Part shown: piece after piece, positions 41,186 through 57,200 of the stretch
Numbering within the stretch: position 1 is the stretch's first letter
How the letters are laid out: every line of letters starts with the position of its first letter
NCBI GenBank assembly: GCA_964016885.1
Contig: OZ024743.1
Location: 196,044,001 to 196,108,000, forward strand
Length of the DNA stretch: 64,000 bases
Direction: 5' to 3'
DNA from: Eledone cirrhosa
Lineage: Eukaryota
Made by a program: the position numbers and the translations under genes
Notes under the pieces: generated by a model
Database searches by the model: none
Seen by the model: the letters and a program-made list of their open reading frames with translations, nothing else
What the model was told of the DNA's origin: nothing

Positions 41186-41744
41186 CAAAACAGGAGTGCT
41201 CAAGCTTTTAATCTAAGATTGGAACAGCAAAAGCAAAATTGAATTAGTTGACTACAACTCTAAACAGACAGAAATAAATTCAATGATTTATTGGTAAGAT
41301 CTTGCCGTTTGATAACGTTAGTTTTTCTAGAGGGAACATAGCTGTTAAGTATAAGATATTTCTTGTATTTCTCTAGATAATACAACTAAATAATATCATA
41401 CACGGAGAGAGAAAAGGAGAGGGAAAGAGAGGGAGGGAGAGTGAGAAAGAAAGAGAGAGGGAAAGAAAGAGAAAGGTATAGAGAGTCCATGCGTACACAT
41501 CAAAGATACCACCATTTTCACTGTTAACACATTATTATATAAAAGACTACCGAACCTCATCCCGTACTTATTGTTAATAAGTATATGGCCTATACTGGTG
41601 ATAACTGCATCGCTCCAGGTAGCAATAACGCCTATCAGTTAGGTATACGGTCGATTTCATTAATTGTATTCGCCTTACAGTGTAGTAGTGTGCTTGTTCC
41701 AAACTATCACCATCTACTTCCGCCTCCTACCTCCTCCTACCTCT

Positions 41745-41980
41745 TCCTTCTTCTTCTTCTTCTTCTTCTTCTTCTTCTTCTCATTATAATTGTCGTCGTG
41801 ATCATCATCATCATCATCATCCCAATCTTCATCATCATCATTATCATCATCATTATCACCATCATCATAGTCATCACCATCATCATCATCATGATCAGCA
41901 TCACCATCATCATCATCACCATCATCATAATCATCACCATCATCATCATCATCATCATGATCAGCATCACCATCATCGTC
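41745..41980. repeat. Compound (TTC)n/(ATC)n microsatellite
   Basis: Direct reading. Confidence 0.95.
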
Positions 41981-43348
41981 GTCTTTATTGTGGTCATCGC
42001 AGTCGCCGTCGTTGGTGTCATTGTCGTCATCGCCAACAACAATAATCATCAATTTATATAGCTTTCATATACGCTTCTATTATACTTCCCGCTATGTTAG
42101 TGCTGCTGCTAATTAATCCTAGTCTGTCAAGCCCGCACTATATGCAAATGAACATCTCTAGGGAATGTTTTATATGCAAAATGTGTATAGGGTATAGTTT
42201 ATTCTTGTCTTAATACCACGTGACTAAACGTCACTGAAGATGGATAAACCATCCCGAAAGACTAGTTTCAGGGGTTCCCATAACTTAAAACACACAGTGA
42301 GATTTGTATGAATGCATTATGTATAAACATATGATATCTGGTTTCATATATTCCTTTATTATGAATCATGTCAAGTTGGTGTTCCTGCCTAGCAAGCACA
42401 CACCATGCGTAAATGAGCATCACCAACTTATAATTTGTATGCAAAAGGTATATAAGCTATAGCTTATTCTTGTCTTAATAAAGAGTGAGTAACATTCACC
42501 AAGTCTCTCCCAATTGTTCATTGAGATATGTTCTTATATATTTCTAAGGAAACAAATCTCGTTAGAGGGAGCATCACGTAAATAGTTATCTTACACCCAC
42601 TCAAATATTATATACTAAATTTCCCTTCCGATAATAATACAATCAAAATACATAAAAATACATAAAAATACATAAAAATACATAAAAATACAATGCGCCA
42701 GCAAAGAAATGAGCCTCAAGTCGATCTCATGATCAACTAGAAGTCAAATCTCCATCAAATCTCATCTTTTGTCGAAAAGTGGAAAATTTTTATGATAATA
42801 TAATTCAAGATACACTATGGCTCAAAGGCGGTTTGCTAATGCCAACAATGCATTCCAATACATGCCTACGTCTGTAGAATATCTAAGGGTTATGTAGACA
42901 CACACAAACACGTCTTATTCGCCCACTAATTCCTGAGAGAGTCGTGGGGAAGCCCGTATCCTAACTGCCTAAAACAGAATCTGTAATAGCTGGGTAAATC
43001 CTTAGCCGATTTCAAATTATTGCTGTATCAAGGAAACTGAATCAAATCGAACTACTCTCATTTTTACCAGGATCTATATTAGAAAATTCCAATATCACCA
43101 GAAATATACTATATATATATGTGTGTGTGTGTGTAAAAGGTAAACAAAATAACAACACTAGATCGGGCTTGGGTCGAGTCTATAGCATTTACATAAATTC
43201 TGAGCCATCCATCTGGGAAACGGTCGTAACTGTGTATAATCCAATAAAGACCTTAATGTGAAAATTTGTTTTGGTTATATATATGTATATATATATATTA
43301 TATACATATATATATATAATACATATATATAATACATATATATATATT

Positions 43349-43451
<103 letters not shown>

Positions 43452-43699
43452 AAAATAAATACAAGGAAATAGTAGCAACATCGAAGAATAATCTTATCAT
43501 TCGACCCAGGGATACGGAATGTATAATTCAAACATAATATATACAGTTTACACGCAGTATACCCCATATACAAACCTACATTACCGAAATTCGACATTAA
43601 GCAGATGTATAATGAGAAAGATTCATCTTCGAACGGATATCCTAGAATTACTTATTTATATAAACGGAGAGGGAAACTAATCGATGGTCAAAAGGACAC

Positions 43700-46650
43700 A
43701 TATCACGTGCATATTAATACTATATACAGTAATATTACGCCATAACTAGGAACATATTATAACAGAAACGTAATAATACGGAAAGACATAGAAATATAGA
43801 TATAGATTCAAATAAATCAAAGAATAGAATATATATATCTTCGGAACTGAAAGGAAAATACCGTATATAGAAATAGATATAGCTAAGACTGGAACACTCA
43901 ATGAGATAACATACAACACAAGAAATCATAACAATAGATTTGAACTTTCTACAAACACTTGTGAGACGTAAGTCCAAAATACAATAAGCCATACACTGAA
44001 AAATTACAGATGAAAAAACAAATAATTACCAAATATCCCAATAGTATACTAAACCTAACAATATGTCAGAAGATATTACAAACATCGAAAAAGAAATATT
44101 AAAAGATAGTGACACTCCTAATTACATCCCTTTGGAAAATAGAAATATACTTCAAAAGATATAATTGAATGGAGAATTAATTCAAAAAAGTTTAGTGTAC
44201 AAAAAAAAAACCAATCTTCTATTTCTTAAAACATGAACACCTAATCGACATGAACAGACTGAAACAGGTTAATTATCCAACTGCCATAATTATTTACAAA
44301 GAGAATATGTATAATTTAGAAAATAATATTGAAAGAAAATAATCCCTAGGGTGTAAAACGGCAGGACAATCTATGATAAAAAAATAGAGCAAAAAAATTT
44401 ACCTTTAACGTCATTGTGAAAATAGGAGAAACCAGATGTAAAATAAGAGCAAGAAAACAAAACTAAATATCTTTATAAAATACAATATATCACGAAAACA
44501 TTCTTCGCGGGGAGGTTTCAAGAAGAAACAATATCTCAATAACAAAGTATGAGTTAATTTGAAATATACCAACTTTTCTATGCGCAAAACAATCAATTTA
44601 TCTCTACCTTTAACAAATTCTATCAGGAATTAAAAAAAAAGAAAAGTGAAATAACAGACAACCCTACAGGGAAGGTAATTGAAGATATATGGTAAACAGT
44701 ATGGTGTGATAAAAAATCAACATAACCAGCATCGACAGAGAAGTAAATAGGAAAGATAGAAAAGTTTCTCAGTCGGAGATGGGTAGACCTAACAACAAAA
44801 GAAGGTCACTGAAACACTTCAATCACCCACCACCTGAACATATTCTGTTATTAATAAACTAGTAAATTTCTAGTTAAAACATAAAAAAGACCTACATTAA
44901 TTATACTTATAATAAAGACAAACTATATTCAATGTTAATTAATATATAGAGAGTCAGGAAGGTGGGCAGAATAGTTAGAACGTTGGCCAAAAGTCTTTGA
45001 GGCATCTGTTTTGGCTCTTTACATTCCGAGTTCAAATCCTCCCGAGGTCAACTTCACATTTCTTCTTACCTGGATCGCTAAAATAAAGTACCAGTCAACC
45101 ACTGGGGTCGATTTAATCACCTTCCCTCTTCTAAACTGCTGGCCTTGTTTATAAATCGGTTAAGAGAACCAGAAACAACGTTCGATATGTCCATGGAAGG
45201 AATAACAACCGTGACGTGTGAATCTGGTAATACAAGAAACCTTCAGGATTACAGATCGATTATCTCTTTATATACACGCCTATCAAATTCTCACATCAAT
45301 ATTCTCGTACATATCAGATATGTACCATGAAGCATATATCTTACCATACGAAGAGAGAAATGATGCCAACAAGGCATTTATGGATGAAATATCTATTATT
45401 GATAATAGTTATAAGTTATATGTGAAGATAGCTGGAAGAGGGAACACATTAACAGTGCTGCGTTTAAACAGACTGACAAACAGGCGTTTGATAACGTCTC
45501 AAATACATGGTTATTTGCAAGGCTAACTATAAGTAAGGTAGAACCAGAGATAATTAATTACATTGAATATGCCAAGATAAAACAAGGAGCAACCATACAT
45601 TTACAAAAACGAGGGAAAGATAATAAAACAAGATGTCCCCATTAATAGAGAAATATTAGCAGATTCTTTTTCACTATTACTCTTCTGTTTGGTCTTAATT
45701 CTTTTACTACTATGCTGAGCAAAACTAGTTATAGATACAACTGAAACTGGGCGAATGTAAATCATCTTTTTATAGTGATGCTCTAAATCATTTCTATGCA
45801 AATGATGAAATCAGTTGGATAATTTATTACAAACCGTGTAGGATTATAGTTACAAAATCTTTGTGGAAAATGTGCGAAGAGGAAAGCTTATAACGGCACA
45901 AACTGTATAACTAGATAAAGATACTGAAATTGAAGAATTGAAATAAGGGCAAGCATCCAGAATATTTACAAAAAAATGAACAAGATAAGATATAACATTC
46001 CAGAACGAAAGAGAAAATCAGATAAAAATATTACCGACGCATTAGGCTATTACTGAGGAATTAAATACATTCTAAGAATAACACACTGAATATTAATACC
46101 TTGGTCATATCAGTAATGAGCTATAGTTTTAATGCAATCAATTAGAAAATTAACGAACTGGGAAGGCTAGATAGAAATATGTCTATGATTTGACGTAGAA
46201 GATACCCCCAAAATGAAACATTTGCAGATAATAATGATCATGAACCGGTGAAAGTGTATCTGTACATAAACACATAGAAAAAATTAATAGTTAAGAAAAA
46301 TGCAATACACAACAAATCTTTTTCAAGGTAATTGACTATACAGCAAGGAAGCTGTAGCTAGAAAACTAAAGCGAATCTTGAAATTAAGAAAATATAATAT
46401 ATATAAGGCACTCTCAAAGATAACGATTGCTGCAGAAAACATTTGCAGAGTCAATAGTTAATCTTAGTCAAGAGAGCCAGCGCAAATCATCACTAGTAAC
46501 ATCACTTGGTTTTGAAGCTCAGTTGTTAAAGTTAAGATTAAACATCTACTGACAGATGCAAAAAATGGAGCTCACCTACCAAAAATTACGGAGGAAATAT
46601 TATATTAAAAAACACCCAGACAATGAATTATTCGCGTCCCTTTCGAAGAA
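43700..46650 (+). mobile_element. Old, highly degraded R4/Dong-type LINE interrupted by a SINE (44958-45165)
   Basis: EGITT..GNTRNLQDYRSI, YQILTSI, ILPYEE and INTLVISVMSYSFNAIN*KINELGRLDR occur in the same order as in the 58808-62200 protein. Confidence 0.65.
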
Positions 46651-46977
46651 AATGTTCATGAACTTTAAATGAATATATCATTATAATAAAATACATTTTT
46701 TGTAACAACCACACTGCGTGTCTAGGAAGTCTAGAAAATAAAGGATGACAACGACAACGATAAAGGGGAGAAGGAAACCGACGATGATAACGACGAGGAA
46801 ACTGACACTCAGACTACTGCTGCTAATGTAGTTGCTACTATCTCTACAACGACAACTGCTGCTATTACTGTTAGTATTCCTGTGTTTTGTATGGGTATTT
46901 CCCTGGAATTACACTAAAGAGCACTCCTGCCTATTTGGGAACTTTTCCACGTTAACATTGTTTAATGTTTTGTATTG

Positions 46978-47250
46978 GTGGTGGATTGGCAGTATCGATA
47001 GAGGATCTGACACAATGCTTCTTGGCATAGAGTTACGGCACTATATACTGTGAGTTCAAATCCTGCAAAGGTTAGCTTTGTCTTTCAGCATTGCTGGCCT
47101 TGTGTCTATAGGAGAAACCAGTATTATTTGGTGGTTTGGCAGTATCGATAGAGCGTCGATAGAATAAAACACCAGTAATATACTGGTATCGAGTTAATCG
47201 ACTTTCACCCCACCAAAAAATTTCTTGCATTTTACCTATATCATAAACCA
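46978..47250 (+). mobile_element. Two internally deleted SINEs followed by (TTA)n
   Basis: A box, B box and tail motifs. Confidence 0.75.
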
Positions 47251-47251
47251 C

Positions 47252-47306
<55 letters not shown>

Positions 47307-47522
47307 GAATGCTATGGTTGACGGAGGCTCGGCTCTGTAAGGTATTGTAAATTTTGAACGCTATAACAATTGTAAATTGTTTAAAACTGTAACCAACTTG
47401 TAGACAAAAACACCCTCCTCCTCGTGAGAGGGGTCTTTCTGCCCGTTATTTGGCCCTTCGGGGTTAAATAACTGCTTATTGGGGTTTTGTGCCCAATATT
47501 TATTTTAAACAAAAAAAACAAC

Positions 47523-49625
47523 ATGGCTACGAAAAAGAATTTTCATAGATCACTCCCACTCATTCCGTCTTCTTCATCCTCAATCGTCACTACAGCAGAG
47601 AGAAGATTGTCTCTCTCCCTCCCTTCTTTAAATGTGTCCCTCTCCCTCCCTTCTCTTTCGCAAGCGACGACAGAAAAGAAAAGTCTCGTGCAAAGCGTGC
47701 AAGATTTCTCCACGACGACGACGACAACGACGAAACAGGTGTGCGGGAAATACGAAAACCCATTTCATTCGTCTGACGTCAGGAATAATAGCAGTAGCAG
47801 CCGTAATAACAACAGCAACAGTGACAATGAAAACAACAGTAGCAGCCGCAACAGCATCAGCAGCAGCATAAACAACAACAGCATTAGAAGCAGCAACAAC
47901 AACAACAACCACATCAACAGCGGCGGCGGCAGTAGTCGTAGTACCTGCAGCAACAAAAGTAACAGCAGCTCTGACGACAACAACAACAACAGCAGCAAAG
48001 AAAAACCAATCTCGTTTGCAGGTATCGCGAAGAACCAGGAAACAATTCTCATAACAAATGAGGAATTAGAGGAAGCGAAGAAGATGGTGACAAAAACTGG
48101 ACACCGAGCAATCTGCAAGGCAGCGGAAACATTTTTCGAAACCCAAAAGCACTGTACGGTCACGTACCGTACAGTAAGTACAAAATCCCGTAGGGTGGAA
48201 AGAGCCACAGAGGCTCAAATACAAAAAGCCTTGGGGTCTGTGTGGCAGCGGAAAACGCACATCACCCGAGGCAAGAAATATGCCACAGTAGACGTACTTT
48301 TTGCCACACCCCAGGAAGCAAAGGCTCAATCCGTAGTGACCCTAAGGAGCGAGGAAATGGTGTTGGTGCTCTCCTACTGCGGGCAAAAAATTGTGAGGGT
48401 CAAACTGACCCACGTCCCCCCCCCCCGGGATGGCCCCTTCTTGGCAGGCCGCGTCTGTCCTCGTCGGAATCGAGGACAAAACAACTTTACTGCAAGTACA
48501 GAAAAAAGTAAGAGAAGATTGGGTCGGCACCTCCATTGAGATGTTAATCAAAACCAACCAGGAGTGCATCGAAGCTATCCCGGATGTGATAGACTTCGAT
48601 AACGGCACTCAACTGCCCATAAGTGTTGAGGGCAAACGCTCGAAATGCTTTCGCTGTGGATCGAAGACTCACCTCAGGGCCTTCTGCAACGAGAAGACCC
48701 TGAGAAAGGAGAAAACCCCCTCCTTCCGAAACCGGCTCCACAGCTACCAGCAACAGGACAAGCGGCAACCAGGAACGATAGGTCCGTGGCACCCATACCC
48801 ACGCCACGGAAATCAAAAACAGCAGCAGTAGTGGAAGTATTAACAACAACAACAGCAATACCAAATGCAGCTGCAACAGAGACTCCAGTGCAAACATCAC
48901 CAACAACAACAAGTGAAAGAGTGGAGCTGGTACCCCTCCCCGACCTCACAGAATCAGACATGGAGTGTGAGGTGGGAGAGGGATGGCAAAAGGTCGTAAG
49001 AAGGCACAAACGCAGAAGCAGCGCATCGTCGCCTTTGAAAAGGGAGGAAAGAAATGAAAAAAGCAGAAAGTCTACTGCAAAGAGACTCCCAGCAGCAACA
49101 CCACCAACACCATCACCACCCACACTAGCACCACCATCACCACCGGCGACAACCCCACCGCCAACAACACCTTCAACACCACCACCACAAGCACCAACAT
49201 CGCAAACACAACAACAAAACACACACACCCAGCAACAACGACAAGAAAATAGCAGAACCACACCCCACCCCCAGAAAATCAAATGCACAGCAATAAATAC
49301 ACACAACAAGAAACTAATGACTTACATAATTGAACACACAGACATTTCACAACACGACTACATAATACCAGCACCAATCAAAACGCCAACTAACATAAGA
49401 CTGCTAAAAATAGCACAGAAACAATACACAAACATTAAAACGAAATTCCCCAACGCAGTTGGTGATTTCAGAGACCTAGGAGGAACTATCAACCGAAGAG
49501 TATATTCGGACATACTCATAGAAGAGCCGACGACCAGCCGAAGGGACGATTCAACAGTCCCTTCACCAGACGATCAAGTGAAAAGGGATGGAAAAACCAC
49601 CCCTCCTCTACGAAAAGTACGGTAA
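47523..49625 (+). pseudogene. Tx1 ORF1 (gag-like, CCHC knuckle) with two frameshifts
   Basis: SFAGIAK, CFRCGSKTHLRAFC and GEGWQKVVRR; frameshifts at the poly-C run near 48420 and near 48700. Confidence 0.8.
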
Positions 49626-49660
49626 GTGGTCTTTCCCATCTTTTCCACTCTATTTTAAAC

Positions 49661-52600
49661 ATGACCTCACTCAGAATAGGCAGCATAAATGTGCGTGGCT
49701 TGGGGTCGTCATGGAAGCAGGGTCACCTGCTCAACGACCTCAGGTCACTAAACATAGATGTAGTGGCCATCAGCGAGACCAGAATCTCCGAAGCACGGGC
49801 CTTCGCACCGATCTTCGGCGGCTACGATGTGTACGCATCTCCCAGCTGTCCTGGATCGGGGGGAGGAGTTGCTGTGCTTTTTCGGAGAGGTTTGGATCTC
49901 GCCATACGGGCCATCTTCCTGGACCCAGAGGGTAAGTTGGTGGTGCTGGACGTGACCAGCGGAGACGGGCAAGCTTTCAGGCTAGTGGCCTTCTATGCCC
50001 CGACAGGAGCAGGGCGGCCAGATTTCTTCCGGCGTCTGGAGATCTTTCTTGGAACGTCCCGCTCTTTAGTGTTAGTGGGCGACTGGAACGGGATCTTAGA
50101 TGCACGCTGGGACTGTGTGGGATTAGCGGATAGGGGTGGAGGGTGCAAGAGCCTCACCAACCTGCTCAGGCGTTTTGAACTGTCTGACAGGTACCGAATG
50201 GATTTCCCGAATGTGCCAATGTGGACTTGGACAAATCGCATAGGATCATCCAGATCATATCTAGATAGCGTATTTTGAGGGAAATAGATAGGTCTAGCAT
50301 AGTCTGTCCACAATTCAAGATAGTCAGCTACACGGACCACAAATTCGTGATCTGTGTGCTTGACTTAGATAGGCTTCATAGACGAGGACCCGGCTACTGG
50401 AAGCTAAACGCGTCCTTACCAGCGCGCAAGGCCTGCAGAGACCGGATTAGCGAACTAGTTAAGCGGGCGTTGATGGGGGCCATCGTCAACAAGTGGTGGT
50501 TTGCTCTGAAAAGAGCGATTAGAATAGAATCCATTAGGTTTAGTAAGGCTTTAGCAATAGAGAAAAATAGAGCAGAGGGAGAATTAGTTAGAAAATTAGA
50601 CGAGGCTCTTAGCAAAGGCATTGCGACCGACGTGCTTGCGGCGAAATTGGCCCTTGACCAATTCTTCAATGCAAAGCACGAAGGCTGCGTTGTCAGAGCA
50701 AGGGTGCGTGCTCTCAGACACGAGGGGACGAAAGCCGTTCAATGGGCCCGAGTGGCGGAGGCGCGTCGTGGCAACAAAGCCACGATCCAGTCTTTGGTGG
50801 ACCACGACGGGCGCATGCTACTCGATCCCGGGCAAATGTGTGAAGCTTTTCAGCGACACATCGCTCAGCTGTTCGGAGGCAGCGGCGGGCCGGGTCGAGG
50901 GATGGACTTTAGTGTCTACCTCGATGGACTGCCGCGGCTCTCGGCCACTGAGGCGAAGTGTTGCGAAAAGCCGATAACAGCCGCTGAAGTAAGGGAGGCA
51001 ATGACTGGCTGCACAAGGGGTAAATCGCCTGGTTTGGATGGTCTGCCCTATGAACTTTACGTAGAGATGCCAGACTTGTTCGGAGGCCTCTTGGCGGACG
51101 TCTACTGCAACTAGCAACAGAACGGGAGAATTCCCAGTTCTGTGAGCCGAGGAGCGGTGGCACTGCCGAGAAAGGATCCGAACAAGGGGGATAACATAGA
51201 TAATTTCGGGCCCATAACTCTGCTAAACACAGAGTTCAAGATTTTGGCCAAGGTGCTAGCAAAGAGGTTGGCGCTTGTCGTTGGTGGTCTGGTGGGAGAG
51301 GCGCAGACATGCGCCATTCCCGACAGATCCATCCACGACAAGCTCCACCTCATGCGATACATCGTAGGGAGGGTAGCTAGGGAACCTGGCACGGGTGGGT
51401 CCTTTATCAATTTAGATCAGTCGAAAGCTTTCGATAGGGTCGACCATCGTTACCTAGCGGCCGTCCTGAGGGCGGCTGGCTTTGGGCCCGTCTTGAGAGG
51501 CTGGATCGCTGCCATGCACAGCGACATCTGCTCTGTGGTGAGAGTGAACGGTCACCTGTCGGAACCGTTCAACATCATGCGCTTGGTCCGCTAAGGATGT
51601 CCCCTCTCGTCCCTCTTGTACGTATTGACTCTCGAGCCATTACTGTACAAACTGGAGACGTTGAGGGGCGTCCCGCGCGAACTAGGATGCGGAGAATCCG
51701 TGTCAGCATATGCGGACTATGTCACCGTAGTGGTGTCGAACGCCAAACATATCGAGGCGATCGGCACTACACTAAGAGAATACGAAGCGGTGACAGGAGC
51801 AATGATCAACCAGGAAAAGTCAGTAGGCCTGCAGCTCGGCACCTGGTGAGGCAGGTCCATGCCGTCCAACAGTGTCGTCGGACGCTGGACGGACGGACCG
51901 GTTAAATTGCTAGGGGTCTGGTTCGATCCGGACCTCCAGACGGACAAAAACTGGGACGAGGTGACGAGCAGGGTGGCTTCTCTCACCCAGAAATGGGCGG
52001 AGAGGAAGCTATCCCTGAAAGGTCGAGCGGAGGTGGCTAACGCGTACATCGCGTCTGTTATCTGCTACCGCCTGACCGTCGTACCTTGTCCTAAGCCTCG
52101 CCTGACTGCTCTAGAGCGTTTGCTCTTTCGCTTTTTGTGGAAGGGACGCGCTCCGATGGTCAGGCGGTTCATCTGTTGTCAACACCCGCTACCTGGAGGT
52201 CTGGGAATGCCGTGGCTGATGATGCGCAGGCACGCGCTCAGGCTACGACATCTCCACCTCTTCCTCGACGGTGATCATGTGTGGTCGCCATTTGCTAGAC
52301 ACGTATTTCCCCAGCTCGTTTCCTTGACGGAGCTGCAGTCCCGGGTCAAGCGAAGACCGAGAGGGAGCGCCTGGAGATTGGAATGTTTTCAGACGCTCTC
52401 AGCCCTCGACCAATCGGGCAATGTGATCGGTGGAAAACTCCACCTCGGCGTTCTACAGAGGATTAGTGGAGGGGAAGAGCGACGACGTACTTGGGGAAAA
52501 TCTAGGCGTCGACAAAAATCAACTAGCCAATCTCTTCGGAAGAACTTTCGGACCAGGGCCTATGGACAACTTCCAGAAATCTCTGGCCTGGCAGTGCTAC

Positions 52601-53077
52601 CGAGGAGCCTTGCCAGTTCGGGATAAACTCTACAGGCATGGAGGTGCCGTCAGCCGGGCATGTCCGAGATGCGCGCAGGACAACGAAACCGTCCTGCACG
52701 CACTCGTCCAGTGTCCGAAAATTGCTGACTTGTTGGTTTATGTCGAACACCTGCTGTCGCGTGTAGGACGGATCCGGCTATCATCTGAGTCCATCGTCAG
52801 GATTGCCTCGCCCTCCTCCTTTAGCCGGGAAGGGCAGGCAGTTTTTATCTGTCTGGTGGCCATGGCGAAAGAGATAGTATGGTGGACACGTTTGAAAGGG
52901 CTGAAGACGGGCACTTACCTCTTCGGTGATGCTCTGATTGACTTTTTCAAATTTTATTTGAAAAGGAAAATCAGAGTAGAGAGGGAAGTGCTCTCTTCCC
53001 AGCATTTTGTTGAAAGATGGGTGAGAGAAGCAAGAATGGCCCGAGTGAATGGGCCTACTCTGAGTATATATCTGTAA
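49661..53077 (+). pseudogene. Tx1 ORF2: APE endonuclease, RT and C-terminal zinc finger; disrupted
   Basis: Motifs INVRGL, SET, GDWN, YLD, TDH, GPGYWKLN, KSPGLDG, DQSKAFDRVDH, VR*GCPLS, YADY, CPRC..ETVLHALVQC. Stops end at 51114, 51594 and 51849, plus frameshifts. Confidence 0.92.
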
Positions 53078-53325
53078 ATTAAAGGTGGAAAACTGGGAGA
53101 GGGCACTTGCCTTGGTGGTCAGGGTCATTGTGGCTTTTTACTGGGCTTTCTCCACAAATGTCCCTCCGAAGTCTCCCCCCTATTGGGGAATTTTTTATTG
53201 TTATTTTTTGTTACATCCTCTGTTTTTGTATTTTACACGCAGAAATGCCCATTTGTACCGTCCTGTATTGTCCTGCACTGTCCTTAATGTCTACTTTATG
53301 TAAACCCTTGTGGTTAATAAAGAAA

Positions 53326-53369
<44 letters not shown>

Positions 53370-53371
53370 GT

Positions 53372-54234
<863 letters not shown>

Positions 54235-54260
54235 TTGTTATTATTATTATTATTATTATT

Positions 54261-57200
54261 GTTCTTTGAGTCTCAGTCATTGATGTTAGTTAACTGGAAA
54301 GTTTGTTGAAATGAATATCAAGCCACTACCTGCAGCCTCAAATATTCAGGACGTATCAGAGGGTTCTTGCTGTTCCCAGCAAGCATGCCTTTTGAAGCGT
54401 TCCAAAAAGCGTGAAGGGGCCAATTTTCTTTAACCATCCCTGGAAACTTTTTGAGATAGTCCCTAGTGCGCCTATGACAATCGGGATCAATTTGACCTCA
54501 TGGCAGTTCCAAATCCCACAGCACCTTCACCTGATCGTTTTCTATCACCGACTCTGGCTTATCCTCATACCACTTCTCAGAATGTGGTAAATTGTTTACT
54601 TTGCATAGGTGCCAGTGGATCACCCTGCCCATCACATCATGTCTCCAGCCTTTATAGTGAGTCTGGGCTAGGTGTTTACACTCGGATACAATGTGAGCCA
54701 CAGTCTCCTCTCTCTCTCCACAGATCCTGCAGTGGGCTAGCCTCCTCCTTGTCAATATGGTGTTTCAACCACTTCGTTTTGAGGGCCTGCTCTTGCGCAG
54801 CCATTAGCCTTCCTTCTGTAGCCTTTTTAAGGTCTCCTCTTTTCAACCAGTTCCATGTCTGTGGATCTCTGAAATCAGTTTTCTCAAAGAAGGTACTTTG
54901 AAGGGATATTTCATGAAGGCTGCTCTTTCTCCTCGTTGTTATTTCCTCCTTGGACATCCCCTGGTCTATTGTCCCCTCCTTCAGTACAATTCTGAGCATT
55001 GGCTTCTTACTATCAGTCACGTATTTGTGTAGGTTGTTTTTCTCCATCTGAACACCGTCCTCTATGCTGATAAGACCTCTTCCACCTTCAGATCTCCTTA
55101 AGTATAGTCTATCGACATGTATAGTCTTGTGGAACATGTTGTAGATAGTCAATAGCTTCCTAGTCTTCCTATCCATTTCTTTTTGTTCAGCAACATTCCA
55201 TCTTAGAATTCCTGCACTGTACCTAATAATAGACACAGCTCGGGAATTTACTGCACTTATGGCATTCCTACTGTTCAGATGTGAATTTAATACACTCCTT
55301 ACTCTCCGAATGTATTCAGATCTTATCAATTCCTTCATTTTTTCTTCTTGATGTCTTCAGCCTCCAGAACACCCAAATACTTGTATCCTCCTTTAGTGTC
55401 AATTTCCTTTATCATCTCACCTGTTGGTACCTGGATTCCGTTGCTTCTGTTCAATTTACCCCTCTTCATCACAATGACTCCACACTTACTAATACCAAAT
55501 TGCATACATATATCTTTGCTGAAAATACGGACAGTGTCAACAAGCACATCCAACTCCTTCTTACTCTTCCCGAAGAGCTTAAGATCGTCCATGAAGAGGA
55601 GGTGATTGATGGTAAGCTCTCCCTTTCCCAACTCCTATCCTGCTCTCACTTTTCGCAGTACAATGGTCAGGGGCATCAGGGCAAGGATAAAAAAAAAGGG
55701 ACAAACTATCTCCCTGGAAGATACCTCTCTTGATCTTCACGCCTCCCAAGGATTCTCCAGCTGATGTTAACTCTGTTTTCCAGGACTTCATACTTTTGCC
55801 CAACAACTGTCTGATGTTATCTGCCACCTTGAAGATCGCTAGGCTTATGGTGATCCAAGAAAGAGGCACCATGTTCAATGCCTTTTTGTAGTCTATCCAT
55901 CCCATGTCAAGACCAGAGTGTCTCCTCTTGCAATTCCTCATTACCTCTTATCAATAAGTAACTGGTCCTTTGTACCACGGGACTTCTTTCGGCATCCTTT
56001 CTGTTCGTCCGGTAACAAGTTGTTTGTATGGAGGTGATGGTAGATTTCCTCAGACATAATGCTTGTCAACAGTTTCCACATTACGGACAGACATGTGATA
56101 GGTCTATAGTTGGTAACATCATTACCCTTGATTCGGTCTTTCATTATCAGAACTGTGGTACCTTTTGTCAATCACTCTGGCACCTCACCTGACATCAAGC
56201 AGTCATTGAACATGGTTGTCAGTTTCGAGTGGAGGGATGTTATATTTTTAATCCAATACCCCTGCACACCATCTGAGCCTGGTGATTTACAGTCGGTTAG
56301 TTTTTCGGCCTGCCCCTTAAGAGTTTTAACTGTGATACTCAAATCAGTTTGTTGGTGTGCCTGTTCACTAATTTCCTTTTGTACTGTCTCAATCCACACT
56401 GCCTGGTCATTATGTTTAACATCCTGCTCCCATATTCCTCTCCAGAATGTCTTAGTTTGGTCCGCCTCAGGGATCAAGTCGTTGCCTCTTTCTTTCCCTT
56501 CAAGCTGTCCAAACAGCATCTTCTGGTTGTTCTCGAACATGCGGTTCTGTCTATACTGACTGACACTGCTCTCGTATCGCCTAATTTTTGCACTCTTTGC
56601 TACAATGCGTTGCTTCATTTCCTCTATGATAATATTTAGCTTTTTCCTCCTAGCTTTGTACTTTATTTCCAGTCTATTTTTAGTGTCTATGTTTTTAAAT
56701 GTCCCATTCAAGCTTTCCAATGTCATTTCTCATTTCCCTGATTTGACCATTCAGTCGTTTCTTCCACCAAGGTTGTGATCTTTCTTGTTTGTTGTTTCCT
56801 CTCGCTTTTATGCCAAGTAATTTCCTCACCGCATTTGGTGTTGCTTTGAGGATATTGTTGCACTGGTGAAAACTCCTCGCCTCAAGGTATGGGATGACTT
56901 TGTTTACCTTAGCTGTTGTTTCTTTTAACTTTTTCCTGTCTACAAATCTTAGGTTCATAGGTTTCCCACTATCATTGTTCATTTCATCTACCACTAAGTT
57001 TAGGAAATCAACCAAGTCTTGTCCTAGCCCGTCAGCATTCATCTCCTCAATGGCCGTGTCTCTGTTCCAGGTGTTATTTATTTCAGCATTCAGATTATTG
57101 TCTGCTTCGGATGGTTCCTCCGTTCTCTCAACCTCTTCACCTTCATTTCCAACTGGCTCGTTTGCCTGGCATACTCCACTCTCCATTTCCAACCTAATCT

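Larger units (their letters stand above)
47307..53327 (+). mobile_element. Full-length Tx1/L1-clade LINE inserted in (TTA)n
   Basis: ORF1 and ORF2; AATAAA at 53316; (TTA)n at 47252-47306 and 53328-53369. Confidence 0.9.

Noticed and set aside
42230-42275. CTGAAGA-tggataaaccatccc-GAAA HHR-like core
   Set aside because: No stem I, and the stem II register is wrong.
47330-47362. AAG|GT followed by an Sm-like AATTTTGA, resembling a spliced-leader RNA
   Set aside because: Too short, no match to a leader I recognise, and not preserved in the Dong counterpart.
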